DNA of 64,000 nucleotides from Chloroflexota bacterium. GTDB lineage: Bacteria > Chloroflexota > Anaerolineae > DUEN01. Made by a program: the position numbers and the translations under genes. Under the pieces are notes generated by a model. That model saw nothing but the letters and a program-made list of their open reading frames with translations, made no database searches and had not been told where the DNA came from. Shown here one piece after another: positions 33,314 to 42,477 of this stretch; position 1 is the first letter of the stretch; each line of letters begins with the position of its first letter. Location: NCBI GenBank assembly GCA_013152435.1, contig JAADGJ010000059.1, forward strand, positions 24,558 through 88,557. Reading direction: 5' to 3'.

Positions 33314-36292
33314 TTACGGTGATTGGTGTTGGATAAACGGCATATAGATGCCGGGCACTCTGCGTGGGAGCGCCAGGACCAGCGCCGGATCGCCGAACAG
33401 GGTCATCGTGTGGAGTAGCGGGTCGTCTCCGACGGACGCGTACAACGTCAGCTTGGCCTTGACCGTGGCCGGCCCGATCTGGCGGATGCCATCGCTGAAG
33501 AGGGCGTGATAGAATCCTCTGGCCAGAATGTGCTCGATATGGGCCAGCCCGAGCCCGGTGGGCGACCAGTTGGCGATGGAGCCGCGCTCCGCCACGATGC
33601 TCATCGCCTCGGCGATGGAAAGGTAGCGGTTCTTCCAGGGGGCGATGAACGCGCCGTCGAAGCAGTTAAACGTCGTCACGAACGGATAGCGATCCTTGTT
33701 GTGCAGTTGGGACACGTAGGAGGAGCGCCAGACGGCCTCGTTGGCCCAGAGGTCCATGGCGCCATGTCCAGTCCAGGTGACGAACAGGACGCCGTGGTTG
33801 ATCGCACGCGTGATCGCTGAGGTCACCTCATCGCCGGTTGCGTGCGTTTGCCCCAGGTATGCCCGGGTGACGGAGATGTAGGAGGGGATCTCCCCGGTGA
33901 TGAGGGCATCGGAGAGGACCGGGAAGTTACCCGCCTCGTCCGGGTTGTCGGCGGCCATGAGGGCTCGCTGTTGCCATGGCGCTGGGGGCTGGCTGCTGTA
34001 GCTCAGGATCTTGTCCACGACTCCCTGGGCTTCCTCCAGGGTGTTGACGGCGATCCGGCCGATGATCATGTCCGGGAGTGGATCATCGCCGACGATGGTC
34101 ACGAAGGTGTTGTCGGCGGGCGCTTGCCCGAGCCAGGGATCCTCCCAGACCAGATAAGGGGGGATGCGGATGGGGATGGTGAGGTAGACCGTTGGGTTGT
34201 AGTTCCGCAGGTTCGCGTGGGCGTCCCCGAGCAGGGTCACGAAGAGAGGGGCCGGGGGCTGCCAGTTGGCGTATGCGTAGGCGAGGAAGTCTCGGATCGC
34301 CCGGGGATGCCGGATCCCATCATAGAACTCGTTGTAGATCTCCTGCACGTTCACGATGGCCACCCGCTGCCCTCGCGATCGATGGAACGCGGCCAGGCGT
34401 TCGGCCGCCGGGCGGAATTCCTCATCGATGATCAGGATGTGATCTGCGCCCTGTGTCGGGCTCCGAATGGCGGAAGGAGACACGGGCTGCGCTGTGTCGG
34501 GCGCTCGGATGGCCGACGCCGCCACGGCGAGGAAGCGATCTCCCGCCCCCGTGGTGAGCCCTGTGCGCAGCGTGTACCGGTTGGACTCGGTGATCACCTG
34601 AAAGGCGGTGATGCGCTTCGGCTCGCCGGGGTCGGTGATGTCGTATAGATACAGGTCTGGCTGGGTGAAATCGGTGATCTGGAAGTCCCAGGTGCCGGGC
34701 GTGTCCGCGTGAAAGAGGAGTGTGTCCTGGTACGCCCGGTATGCTCGCGAGTAGGACACCTCGATCCAGTTGGGGAACATGTCCTCGACGGCCACCCCGG
34801 GCAGTCGCACGAACTCCAGCGTGACCTGATTCACCCCGGAGACGAGCAATGTTGGAGAGACGGTGGCCGTGATCTGGATGGAGTGGGATCCGTCCCAGGT
34901 CACTTCTTGCACCTGCGTTCCGTTCAAGAAGACCCGGGTCAGGTGGTCTGGGTCGAGCTCCGGGGATTGGGAGCGGGCGCGCACTTCGACGGTCATCTGG
35001 ACGGTTTCGGTCACCGGGGCCGGGAATGGAACGGTGACGGTGTAGGTCTTTGACACGGATGTGGCCTTTCCTCCGACCACGACGCGCTCCCAGAACCAGG
35101 TGTCCTTCACATCGGGCGTCTTCGTCTCCAGGGTCCACCAGAAGGTGTTCTCCTCCGCGTGGATGGTGTCCCGGAACGAGGTGGGCGTGGCCTTCCCCTG
35201 GGGGGCTCCGTTCACGGTGACCATCCGCTTGCCGGACGCGCCCCCATAGCTTAGCCAGTAGATGTTCGTCCCCGTATACTGGGTGTCCTCGATGTCCCCG
35301 TGGAACGCCTGGCCGTAGAATTCGATGTAGTCCGCCGGATCCAGGCGGCCATCCTCCTCCCCGGATACCCAGATGGCGATCTCGCGCCCCTGGCTGCTGA
35401 TGGAGAGCGTGCGCGGGTCTAGCGTGTCGACCGGGAGTCCCCAGGAGGCGAGTTGATCGTAGGTGATCCGATAGATCCCATCGTGGTCAATTGGGATCTT
35501 GTAGCGCACGCTCGCCGCGGCCGCGGAGGCGCTGCGGGCGATCTCGGGCAGGGGGGCAGCCTCCGGCGGGACGCGCCAGAGGCGGGCCTGGTCGTAGTTG
35601 AGCAGGACGGCTCGTAGGATATCTTCCACCGGTTCGGGCTCTGCGATCTGTGTGGTCGGCGCCTGAGCGGGGATCCCCGTGAATCGGACGGAGAAGCGAA
35701 TCCGGGTGTGCACAATAAGCTGACGCCGCTGTGGATCGTATTGGAAGGGGGCGATCACCAGCCGGGCGAGCCGTTGGCTGCGCAGGAACCCCGCCGGCTC
35801 GATGGCCACCGGTGCCTGGGGATAGAGGCCGTCCTTCTGAGGGGGGAGAGCCTGGACCCTCGCGCCGGCCTCCTGTGCGGAAGCGAGCGCGTCGGAGAGG
35901 TCGCCACGGATCGGCTGCCAGGCGGCCACCGGTTGGTCGAGAGACCGGATCTCCTGCTGATCCTCGACGATGGAAACGATCGCTTTCCCACTCGGCGGGA
36001 GGCCGATCAGCGTCCCCGTGATCGGAAGGCGAGGGAACCCTGGCGGCGCGTTTGGAACCAGGCCGGGGGCGCTCACCTCGCTGGACTCCCCGATGGAGCT
36101 TACCCGATAGGGGGGCACGGTGAATTCTATCTCGAGGCCGTCGGCCCGTTGTTGAACGATCCGAAGCCCAGGGATCGATGTGTCCGATCCCTGGGCGCTG
36201 CCGGGCACGGCCAGGGATCCTAGGAGGAGGAACAGTCCGATCGCAATGGAGATCCCGATGGCAAATCTTCCGGTGACGATGATCCTTTTCAC
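33314..36292 (-). CDS. large secreted protein with C-terminal clan-CD cysteine peptidase domain (C25 gingipain-like)
   Basis: Signal peptide MKRIIVTGRFAIGISIAIGLFLLLGSLAVPGSAQG. His-Gly (TWTGHGAMD) followed by Cys (TTFNCFDGAF) resembles a C25-type catalytic dyad. The family call is tentative. Confidence 0.55.
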   Translation of the reverse strand: MKRIIVTGRFAIGISIAIGLFLLLGSLAVPGSAQGSDTSIPGLRIVQQRADGLEIEFTVPPYRVSSIGESSEVSAPGLVPNAPPGFPRLPITGTLIGLPPSGKAIVSIVEDQQEIRSLDQPVAAWQPIRGDLSDALASAQEAGARVQALPPQKDGLYPQAPVAIEPAGFLRSQRLARLVIAPFQYDPQRRQLIVHTRIRFSVRFTGIPAQAPTTQIAEPEPVEDILRAVLLNYDQARLWRVPPEAAPLPEIARSASAAAASVRYKIPIDHDGIYRITYDQLASWGLPVDTLDPRTLSISSQGREIAIWVSGEEDGRLDPADYIEFYGQAFHGDIEDTQYTGTNIYWLSYGGASGKRMVTVNGAPQGKATPTSFRDTIHAEENTFWWTLETKTPDVKDTWFWERVVVGGKATSVSKTYTVTVPFPAPVTETVQMTVEVRARSQSPELDPDHLTRVFLNGTQVQEVTWDGSHSIQITATVSPTLLVSGVNQVTLEFVRLPGVAVEDMFPNWIEVSYSRAYRAYQDTLLFHADTPGTWDFQITDFTQPDLYLYDITDPGEPKRITAFQVITESNRYTLRTGLTTGAGDRFLAVAASAIRAPDTAQPVSPSAIRSPTQGADHILIIDEEFRPAAERLAAFHRSRGQRVAIVNVQEIYNEFYDGIRHPRAIRDFLAYAYANWQPPAPLFVTLLGDAHANLRNYNPTVYLTIPIRIPPYLVWEDPWLGQAPADNTFVTIVGDDPLPDMIIGRIAVNTLEEAQGVVDKILSYSSQPPAPWQQRALMAADNPDEAGNFPVLSDALITGEIPSYISVTRAYLGQTHATGDEVTSAITRAINHGVLFVTWTGHGAMDLWANEAVWRSSYVSQLHNKDRYPFVTTFNCFDGAFIAPWKNRYLSIAEAMSIVAERGSIANWSPTGLGLAHIEHILARGFYHALFSDGIRQIGPATVKAKLTLYASVGDDPLLHTMTLFGDPALVLALPRRVPGIYMPFIQHQSP

Positions 36293-36469
36293 GCTGGCTC
36301 TCCCCTACATCGATGGTGAATATGTGGCGCTGTCAATGGATTGAGCCTCATGATGAGGCCCTGTGTTGCCCTGTGCCTTAAGGCCCGAGAGGATGGGCTT
36401 GGTTTCTATTGTACATCCGCCCGTGGAGGACGACTCTATCCCTCTGGTACCACTGCGAAGCGGCACTCC

Positions 36470-37420
36470 CTATTGTTGCTGGCCGGTGAGGTCTTCCAGG
36501 ATCGCCTCGCACACGGCTGGAAGATCATCGAGCGCGCGGGGGACGGCTATCCGGCGTGCGGGCACTCTGGTGACGAGACGGCAGTATTGTTCAAAGAGCC
36601 CCACTTGCAGTTCGGACTCGATCCATCGAATGCCGTAGGTGTTTCGCAGGAGCTCGGCTACCGCTTCGTGGGAGGGAAGGGCGGTGATGCGAGGCGCGTT
36701 CTGCCCGCCGGCGCCTGGGCGATCGAGTAGATAGATCGCACCGAGAGGGCAGGGGCGCCCGTGAAATGCGTGCCAGACGGGGACACGCCGTTTGTCCGTC
36801 CCTGGGAACACGCGGGGGAAATCCCCGGATGTGCCCAAGAGCCTGGCGATCGTCCCCGGCCGTAGGCGCAGAGCGGGGTATCCTGGCATCCCCCAACAGC
36901 GATCGTCTTTCATCTGGAGAGCGAGGATATCGTCCGTCAGAAGGGGAAACCCTTGTCGGAGGAAGGCGGCGGCTGTAGTGGACTTTCCCCCTCCCGTCCG
37001 GTCGATGAAGGCTATGGCATGGCCTTTGATCACCACCGCACTGGCGTGGAGAACGGGGACCCGCTGAAGGTGGAGGTGCAGCGCGAGCACGGGGCCCAGG
37101 ATGCACGCTCGAATATCGGCGTCCGTCGTCCCCACGATCGGGCGGCAACGGATCTCCTCGCCGCTTCGGGGGATGTGGAAGTCCCCGGTGTCGCTGTATC
37201 GCATGAGATAGGCCCGCGGGCTGTGGTAGACCCGATACAGGGGTGATCCGTTGATCTGCCGGTCGCTTTCATGAGCCAAGGAGAACTCCGGACCTATGCT
37301 GAATAGCGGTCCGGCAGGCAGCAGCTTCAGGTGAACGTGCGCATCGGACGTTCGGGCGGTGGGAAGCTCGGGAAAAGGGAGGTCGCTGAAGAGGTTCAGC
37401 CCATAGAGGGAATAGATCAT
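36470..37420 (-). CDS. HPr kinase C-domain-like serine kinase (lasso-peptide-associated precursor kinase type)
   Basis: P-loop IDRTGGGKSTTAAAF in an HprK-C-like fold. It is the last gene of the lasso operon. Confidence 0.75.
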   Translation of the reverse strand: MIYSLYGLNLFSDLPFPELPTARTSDAHVHLKLLPAGPLFSIGPEFSLAHESDRQINGSPLYRVYHSPRAYLMRYSDTGDFHIPRSGEEIRCRPIVGTTDADIRACILGPVLALHLHLQRVPVLHASAVVIKGHAIAFIDRTGGGKSTTAAAFLRQGFPLLTDDILALQMKDDRCWGMPGYPALRLRPGTIARLLGTSGDFPRVFPGTDKRRVPVWHAFHGRPCPLGAIYLLDRPGAGGQNAPRITALPSHEAVAELLRNTYGIRWIESELQVGLFEQYCRLVTRVPARRIAVPRALDDLPAVCEAILEDLTGQQQ

Positions 37421-37473
37421 AGGACGGGATCATCTGCCACGGCCTGGATTTAACCGGGGGGCGACCGGGCTTA

Positions 37474-37626
37474 CCCTATCGCCCCCCTATGGCCATATCG
37501 GAAGATTAGGTCAGGACTTGCCAAGAGCGGCGTCGGTGGCTCCTGCAGCTCCACCTTCCGTGAGCTCTTGAAGCGTTCCGTATTCGACGATCTGAGGAGG
37601 CGAGTACGATCTACGCCTATTATCAT
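37474..37626 (-). CDS. 51-aa small ORF between cyclase and kinase (possible but unconvincing precursor peptide)
   Basis: Peptide MIIGVDRTRLLRSSNTERFKSSRKVELQEPPTPLLASPDLIFRYGHRGAIG. It is the only ORF in the 245-bp spacer and has a weak AGGT RBS. It lacks a Thr(-2)/Gly-Ala-Ser-Cys(+1)/Asp-Glu(+7..9) lasso core signature and a C-terminal Ser. Confidence 0.25.
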
Positions 37627-37665
37627 GACGTGATTCTACCTGCTTTGTATCCGATCGGTCGCCCA

Positions 37666-39603
37666 TCATTTCCTCCTTACAGAAGGTGAGTGGTTGGTGG
37701 AATCAGCGCCAGGATCAACTTGGAGCCTCCCGCGATGGTTCAGACGGTTAAGCCAGATCTCCGCGATGAGAGCATACCATATAACCCAGGAGTCGGCCAT
37801 TTCACCGCGGCGGAATCGCTCGTATTGCTCCCGGAGCTTCTCTCCATTGACATAACCCCGCCTGGCCAGCTCTGGTGAGCGGAGTAGTTGGTGGATCGTT
37901 TCCACACCGCGCTCCCTCAATCCACGCGAGACCAATGGGTCGGCCAGGACCTTAGCCCGAGCCGTCCGTATCTGGTCTGGAAGACGGCCTTGCATGGCCT
38001 GGCGGAGCAAAGGTTTCTTCTCCCCTGTGGGTGTGAGAAACTGCTCCAGAGGGATCGCAAATGCGAATTCTACCAGCTGCTTGTCCAGGAAAGGATGCCG
38101 GGCTTCCAGGGAATGCAGGCTCATCATCTGATCGATGAAGCTGAGCCAGGATTGCAATCCAGGGCCGGTAATCCAGATCAGGCTTTGCGCTCGGGCCGCT
38201 TTAACGCGATGTAGCCCCAGTCCCTCCTTTTGTCGTTTGGCGAGTCCGTGCTTGCGCTCGAACTTCGGGTCCAACCAGACAGGTGGTAGATCCCATGCAT
38301 TGGGGCGAATCCGGCGCCGCATGGGAACGGGGAGCAGGCGGAAGATGCCTGCTCGCAATCGCAATGGGGGAAGCCGTTGGTATCGCCTCCAGTAGTGCCA
38401 GATATCCACCCCAAAGCGGATGGGCCGCAGCAGTTGCAGGTGATGGAAATATGCCAGGGGGGATTCAGCGCAAACGTCATCTCCCCCATATCCCGTCAGG
38501 ACGAATCGGTGTCCCCGGGACCGCACGATATCCAGAGCCGTATCCCATAGTAGATATTGGATTGCCGGCGTCGGCTCATCGAATTCGAGCAGGGTGCGGG
38601 GATAGTCCCCCAAGGGCCAGCAGTGATCCGCCGGGATGTAGGTGGTGCGGAGGCCGTATTGGCGGGCGATGGCCTCGATGTTCTCCCTCTCGTCGCATTC
38701 CGGAATCTCATCGAACACAAAGGAGAAGGCCTCGACCCTTCCTGGATCTCCGTGGGACCCGGGGGGATCCCCGACCGCAAGGCTGGCGATGGATGTCGAG
38801 TCCAGGCCTCCGCTCATCATGATGCCGAATGGGCTTTTTCCACGGGTGCGACGGAGCACAGCTTCCGTCAGAAGATCCCGGAAGTGTTCAGCGTAGCTCT
38901 CCTCCTTCTCATAACGGATCGGCTGCACATCGTCCAGTGACCAATACCGGCGGTGCTGGGTGCTCGTGCTCCTGATGATCAGGACATGTGCCGGTGGAAG
39001 CCGCTGGATGCCTCGGTAGGTCGTCTCCTCAGGATGGCTCACGCATCCGGAGATCAGGAAGTCGCCTAGGGCCGCCTCATTGAGCTCGTTCGGGACGTCG
39101 GGGTGCTGTAGGAGTTGTTTGATCTCCGAGGCGCATACCAGCACCTGTGGGGCTTGATAGTAGACTAGAGGGCGGATCCCCAGATGATCCCGGCCGAGCA
39201 CGAGCGTTTGCCGTTGCTGATCCCATAGGGCAAAGGCGAAGTCCCCCAGCAGATGCCGGGGAAAATCGATCCCCCAGCGCTCATAGGCTGCCAGGATCAG
39301 ATCCGCGTCCGTCGGCTCTGGCCGGACATAGGAACCCAACAGGGATCGGAGCAGCTCCTTTCGATTGTAAATGCGGGCATCCGCTGTAATCCAACAGGTG
39401 CGTGTACCGTTTGACCTGGTTTGGTGCTCTCGGGGGAGCTCAGGGGTGGAGTGCAGAGCGAGATGAGCCAGCCCCACATGCCCGTGGATCCAGTATCGGA
39501 TCCCGTCTGGGCCGCGATGCGCGGCAGCCTCCGCCATCCTACGCAAGGTCTTTGGGTCGACCGGACTCCCATCCAGGTTTACGATCGCGCAGATGCCGCT
39601 CAT
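37666..39603 (-). CDS. asparagine synthetase-like lasso peptide cyclase (C protein)
   Basis: N-terminal MSGICAIVNLDG (Ntn-amidotransferase-like) and PP-loop MMSGGLDSTS. Its start overlaps the B2 stop as ATGA. Confidence 0.8.
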   Translation of the reverse strand: MSGICAIVNLDGSPVDPKTLRRMAEAAAHRGPDGIRYWIHGHVGLAHLALHSTPELPREHQTRSNGTRTCWITADARIYNRKELLRSLLGSYVRPEPTDADLILAAYERWGIDFPRHLLGDFAFALWDQQRQTLVLGRDHLGIRPLVYYQAPQVLVCASEIKQLLQHPDVPNELNEAALGDFLISGCVSHPEETTYRGIQRLPPAHVLIIRSTSTQHRRYWSLDDVQPIRYEKEESYAEHFRDLLTEAVLRRTRGKSPFGIMMSGGLDSTSIASLAVGDPPGSHGDPGRVEAFSFVFDEIPECDERENIEAIARQYGLRTTYIPADHCWPLGDYPRTLLEFDEPTPAIQYLLWDTALDIVRSRGHRFVLTGYGGDDVCAESPLAYFHHLQLLRPIRFGVDIWHYWRRYQRLPPLRLRAGIFRLLPVPMRRRIRPNAWDLPPVWLDPKFERKHGLAKRQKEGLGLHRVKAARAQSLIWITGPGLQSWLSFIDQMMSLHSLEARHPFLDKQLVEFAFAIPLEQFLTPTGEKKPLLRQAMQGRLPDQIRTARAKVLADPLVSRGLRERGVETIHQLLRSPELARRGYVNGEKLREQYERFRRGEMADSWVIWYALIAEIWLNRLNHRGRLQVDPGADSTNHSPSVRRK

Positions 39604-40046
39604 TTGTGGATCGCTTGGGTCCCCAGGGAGGCGAAGTTGCTGATAGCCGAGTCCGGTTCTCCCACGGGCTGGCCGGCGTATTCCACCCACGCGTGAGCGA
39701 GCAGCGTGTCGTCCTCCTTACGCACCCCGATGCGCAGCTCGGTGACGATGCCCTGGCGGCCTAACAGCCATTGCAGGGCCAAGGCCCGTCGCAGACAGCT
39801 CATCGGATACAGGTGATGGCGCGCTGCGATGTCCACCAGACGTTGCACCTGGTGTATGATCGCGGTGTCCTCCTCCGCTGACGGACGGTGCCGGCTTTCC
39901 CGATGCCTTGCCGTCCGCTGTTGAATCATAGAAAACGGCAGCAAACGCAGCCCGAGATCGATCGTCAGCAGCAAGATCCACGCCTGGGCCAGGATCCACT
40001 TCTCGTGGCGAGAGAGGCGGAGCAGACTCTGTAGCTTACGTCTCAT
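39600..40046 (-). CDS. transglutaminase-like leader peptidase (lasso B2 protein)
   Basis: Cys-His contexts YPMSCLRRALAL and LLAHAWVEY. Confidence 0.8.
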   Translation of the reverse strand: MRRKLQSLLRLSRHEKWILAQAWILLLTIDLGLRLLPFSMIQQRTARHRESRHRPSAEEDTAIIHQVQRLVDIAARHHLYPMSCLRRALALQWLLGRQGIVTELRIGVRKEDDTLLAHAWVEYAGQPVGEPDSAISNFASLGTQAIHK

Positions 40047-40317
40047 GGATCTCCAGAAGTTGCCGGGAGGTCAGTTCCTCAACGAAGCGGCACAAATCTT
40101 GTTGGAGCTGATCTTCCGCGACGTCATACTCTTCCAACAGCGCCCGAAAGGCGGGCTCGACCTGCCCATGTTCGGTCAGCAGCGTCCACATCCGGGTGCC
40201 GACCTCGTCCAGGCCGTAGTACTTGCCCGTTTGGAGGTTCAGAAGCACGGATTCTCCTCCTAGATCCCGGAACAGTACATCTTTGCCGGCCCGGACTCGC
40301 GTGTCTAAAGTGATCAT
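40036..40317 (-). CDS. PqqD-family RiPP recognition element (lasso B1 protein)
   Basis: 93 aa with LFRDLGGESVLLNLQTGKYYGLDEVGTRMW, a typical PqqD/RRE. It is the first gene of the operon. Confidence 0.8.
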   Translation of the reverse strand: MITLDTRVRAGKDVLFRDLGGESVLLNLQTGKYYGLDEVGTRMWTLLTEHGQVEPAFRALLEEYDVAEDQLQQDLCRFVEELTSRQLLEIHET

Positions 40318-40375
40318 GATCGTTTATCAATCGACGCTCATTACGGACTGCGATTTTTTGTAGTGTTGTTAACTG

Positions 40376-40404
40376 ATATTAACTCAATGATTCAATCTTG
40401 GCAA
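40376..40404 (-). promoter_or_regulatory. sigma70-type promoter TTGCCA-17-TAATAT (minus strand) for the lasso operon
   Basis: Exact 17-nt spacer; the -10 box lies about 58 nt upstream of the B1 ATG. Confidence 0.45.
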
Positions 40405-40419
40405 GGTATGGTGCTTCCC

Positions 40420-40441
40420 TTTCTTTACAGTTTCTTTACAG
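40420..40441 (-). promoter_or_regulatory. perfect tandem direct repeat CTGTAAAGAAA x2 immediately upstream of the -35 box
   Basis: Plus strand reads tttctttacag tttctttacag. It lies between the stop of the Crp-family gene and the lasso promoter. Confidence 0.4.
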
Positions 40442-40461
40442 TTGCTATCGCGCCCCTGTCA

Positions 40462-41130
40462 TCATCCCTCTGCAATGGCTTGCAGTCCCTCGGGATCCAG
40501 GATTGTGATCCGCTTGCGGCCGATATCGATCAGTCCCTGGGCTTTGAGCTCGTTCAATACCTGGGTGGCCGTCTCTCGATAGGTGCCCACCGTCTCCGCC
40601 AGGTCCTGATGGGTCAGCCCGGTGATCACGTTCCCCTGCTCCTCCGCCAGTCGTAGCAGCAGCGATGCCAGCCGGGCGGGGATGCCCTTGAAGGCCATGT
40701 CTTCCAACCTCTCCTCCACCGCCCGCAGCCGTCGTCCCGTGATCTCCAACACCCGCAACGCCACCTGAGGCTTGTCCAGGATCAAGCGTTCCAGGTCCGT
40801 ACGGCTCATGACACAGATCTGACAGTCCTCAATCGCCTCGGCGAAGGTGTTGTGCATCCGTTGGCCGATCAAGGCCATCTCCCCGAAGATGCTGCCAGGG
40901 CCTAACGTGGCGATCACTAATTTCTTGCCCTCTGGCGATATACGATAGAGCTGGACCCGCCCTTTCTTCAGAATGAAAAGGACCTCCCCCACCTCTTCTG
41001 GCCGGTAGAAGACCTTGCCCTTCTCGACGGAGCTTACCGTGGTGATGCGGTCCAGCTCCTCCATCTCCTTAGGGCTTAAATCCTGGAAGATCTCCATATC
41101 TCGTAAGTAGGCTTGCTTGTCCAGGTCCAT
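40462..41130 (-). CDS. Crp/Fnr-family transcriptional regulator (cNMP-binding domain + HTH)
   Basis: cNMP-binding beta-roll ([18 protein letters not shown]) and C-terminal HTH ([21 protein letters not shown]). Strong GAGGAGGGAGG RBS. Confidence 0.85.
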   Translation of the reverse strand: MDLDKQAYLRDMEIFQDLSPKEMEELDRITTVSSVEKGKVFYRPEEVGEVLFILKKGRVQLYRISPEGKKLVIATLGPGSIFGEMALIGQRMHNTFAEAIEDCQICVMSRTDLERLILDKPQVALRVLEITGRRLRAVEERLEDMAFKGIPARLASLLLRLAEEQGNVITGLTHQDLAETVGTYRETATQVLNELKAQGLIDIGRKRITILDPEGLQAIAEG

Positions 41131-41268
41131 CCTCCCTCCTCAGCGTACAGGCCCTCTCCAGTGAGGGCTCGGGCTTGCCGTGCGATCATCCTTATGTCTC
41201 GACGTGAGTGCGTCCCTGCCTGCCTGGACCGGATCGCCACCTCCGGGTTGTCTGACCGGGTGAGCTTG

Positions 41269-42477
41269 CTATGGGATCAATCCGAGAGCCCGCCCGGCCT
41301 GCGCGAAGGCCTCGAGCGCGAAGTCGATATCCTCCTCCGTGTGTGCGGCGGTTACGTTGGCCCGGATGCGGCTGGTGCCCGGCGGGACCGCGGGCGGGAG
41401 CACGGGCAGGGCGAAGACCCCGTTATCCTGCAGCAACCGGGTCATCTGCATGGCGTGATCATCAGAGCCGACGATGACCGGGATGATCGGGGTTTCCGTG
41501 TGGCCGGTGTCGAACCCCAGCGCCTTTAGGCCGCCGATGAAATGGTCGACGTTGCGTTGCAATCGAGCTCGAAGGGCCGCTCCCTCCTCCTCGATCACCT
41601 GGAACGCCGAGATGGCCGCCGCGCACACAGCCGGCGGCAGGGCGGCGGAGAAGATGAACCCGCGAGCCGCGTGTTTCAGGTATGTGATCATATCTCGATC
41701 GGCGGCGATATACCCGCCCACGGCCGGGATGGTTTTGGAGAGCGTGCCCATCTTGATATCTACGGCCCCCTCCATCCCGAAGTGCTCTTCGATCCCGCGC
41801 CCGGTCTTCCCCAGGACGCCTAGACTGTGCGCCTCATCCACCATCAGACGGGCGCGATAGCGTCGGCACAGTTCAACCACCTGGGGTAACGGCGTGATAT
41901 CCCCGTCCATGCTGTAGACCGCGTCCACGACCACCAGGCGGGTGGCTTTGTCCTGTGTCTTGGCGAGGCATCGCTCCAGATCCGCCATATCGTTGTGGCG
42001 GAAGCGGAGGAATTTGGCTCGTGAGAGCAGACATCCGTCGACGATGGAGGCGTGATCCCATTTGTCACAGATCACGACGTCGTTGCGGCCGACCAGCGTG
42101 GAAATGGTCGCGAGGTTGGTCACATAGCCGCTGGAGAAGGTGATGGCGTCCTCCGTCCCCTTGAAGTGGGCGATCTTTCTCTCCAGTTCCTGGTGTAGGG
42201 TGATGGTGCCCCCGAGCAGGCGGACGCCATGAGTCCCGGTCCCGAACTGCAGAGTGGCTTTCTGGGCCGCCTCGTTGATCTTAGGGTGATTCAGCAGGCC
42301 CAGATAGCTGTAGGTAGCGAACATCAATTTCGGCTTACCGTCGACCCACACATGCGCGCCATCGAGCTTCTCAACGGGTTGGAGGTAATAGTAGAGGCCT
42401 TCTTCTTTCCCCCACTGAATGCGTTGGACCACTTCCGCAATGCGCCTATCAAGGCCATCAGGGGCCTTCTTCTCCAC
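41269..42477 (-). CDS. alpha-oxoamine synthase family PLP enzyme (BioF / Kbl / serine palmitoyltransferase-like)
   Basis: PLP-lysine context GTLSKTIPAVGGY, DEAHSLG and SSGYVTN motifs. Confidence 0.8.
   Translation of the reverse strand: MEKKAPDGLDRRIAEVVQRIQWGKEEGLYYYLQPVEKLDGAHVWVDGKPKLMFATYSYLGLLNHPKINEAAQKATLQFGTGTHGVRLLGGTITLHQELERKIAHFKGTEDAITFSSGYVTNLATISTLVGRNDVVICDKWDHASIVDGCLLSRAKFLRFRHNDMADLERCLAKTQDKATRLVVVDAVYSMDGDITPLPQVVELCRRYRARLMVDEAHSLGVLGKTGRGIEEHFGMEGAVDIKMGTLSKTIPAVGGYIAADRDMITYLKHAARGFIFSAALPPAVCAAAISAFQVIEEEGAALRARLQRNVDHFIGGLKALGFDTGHTETPIIPVIVGSDDHAMQMTRLLQDNGVFALPVLPPAVPPGTSRIRANVTAAHTEEDIDFALEAFAQAGRALGLIP

Noticed and set aside
41131-41190. 38-aa ORF ([20 protein letters not shown]...) just upstream of the Crp-family gene, with Gly1/Glu7-8 spacing that superficially fits a lasso core
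   Set aside because: It contains the GAGGAGGGAGG ribosome-binding site of the Crp gene and overlaps its start out of frame. A 10-aa leader is implausible.
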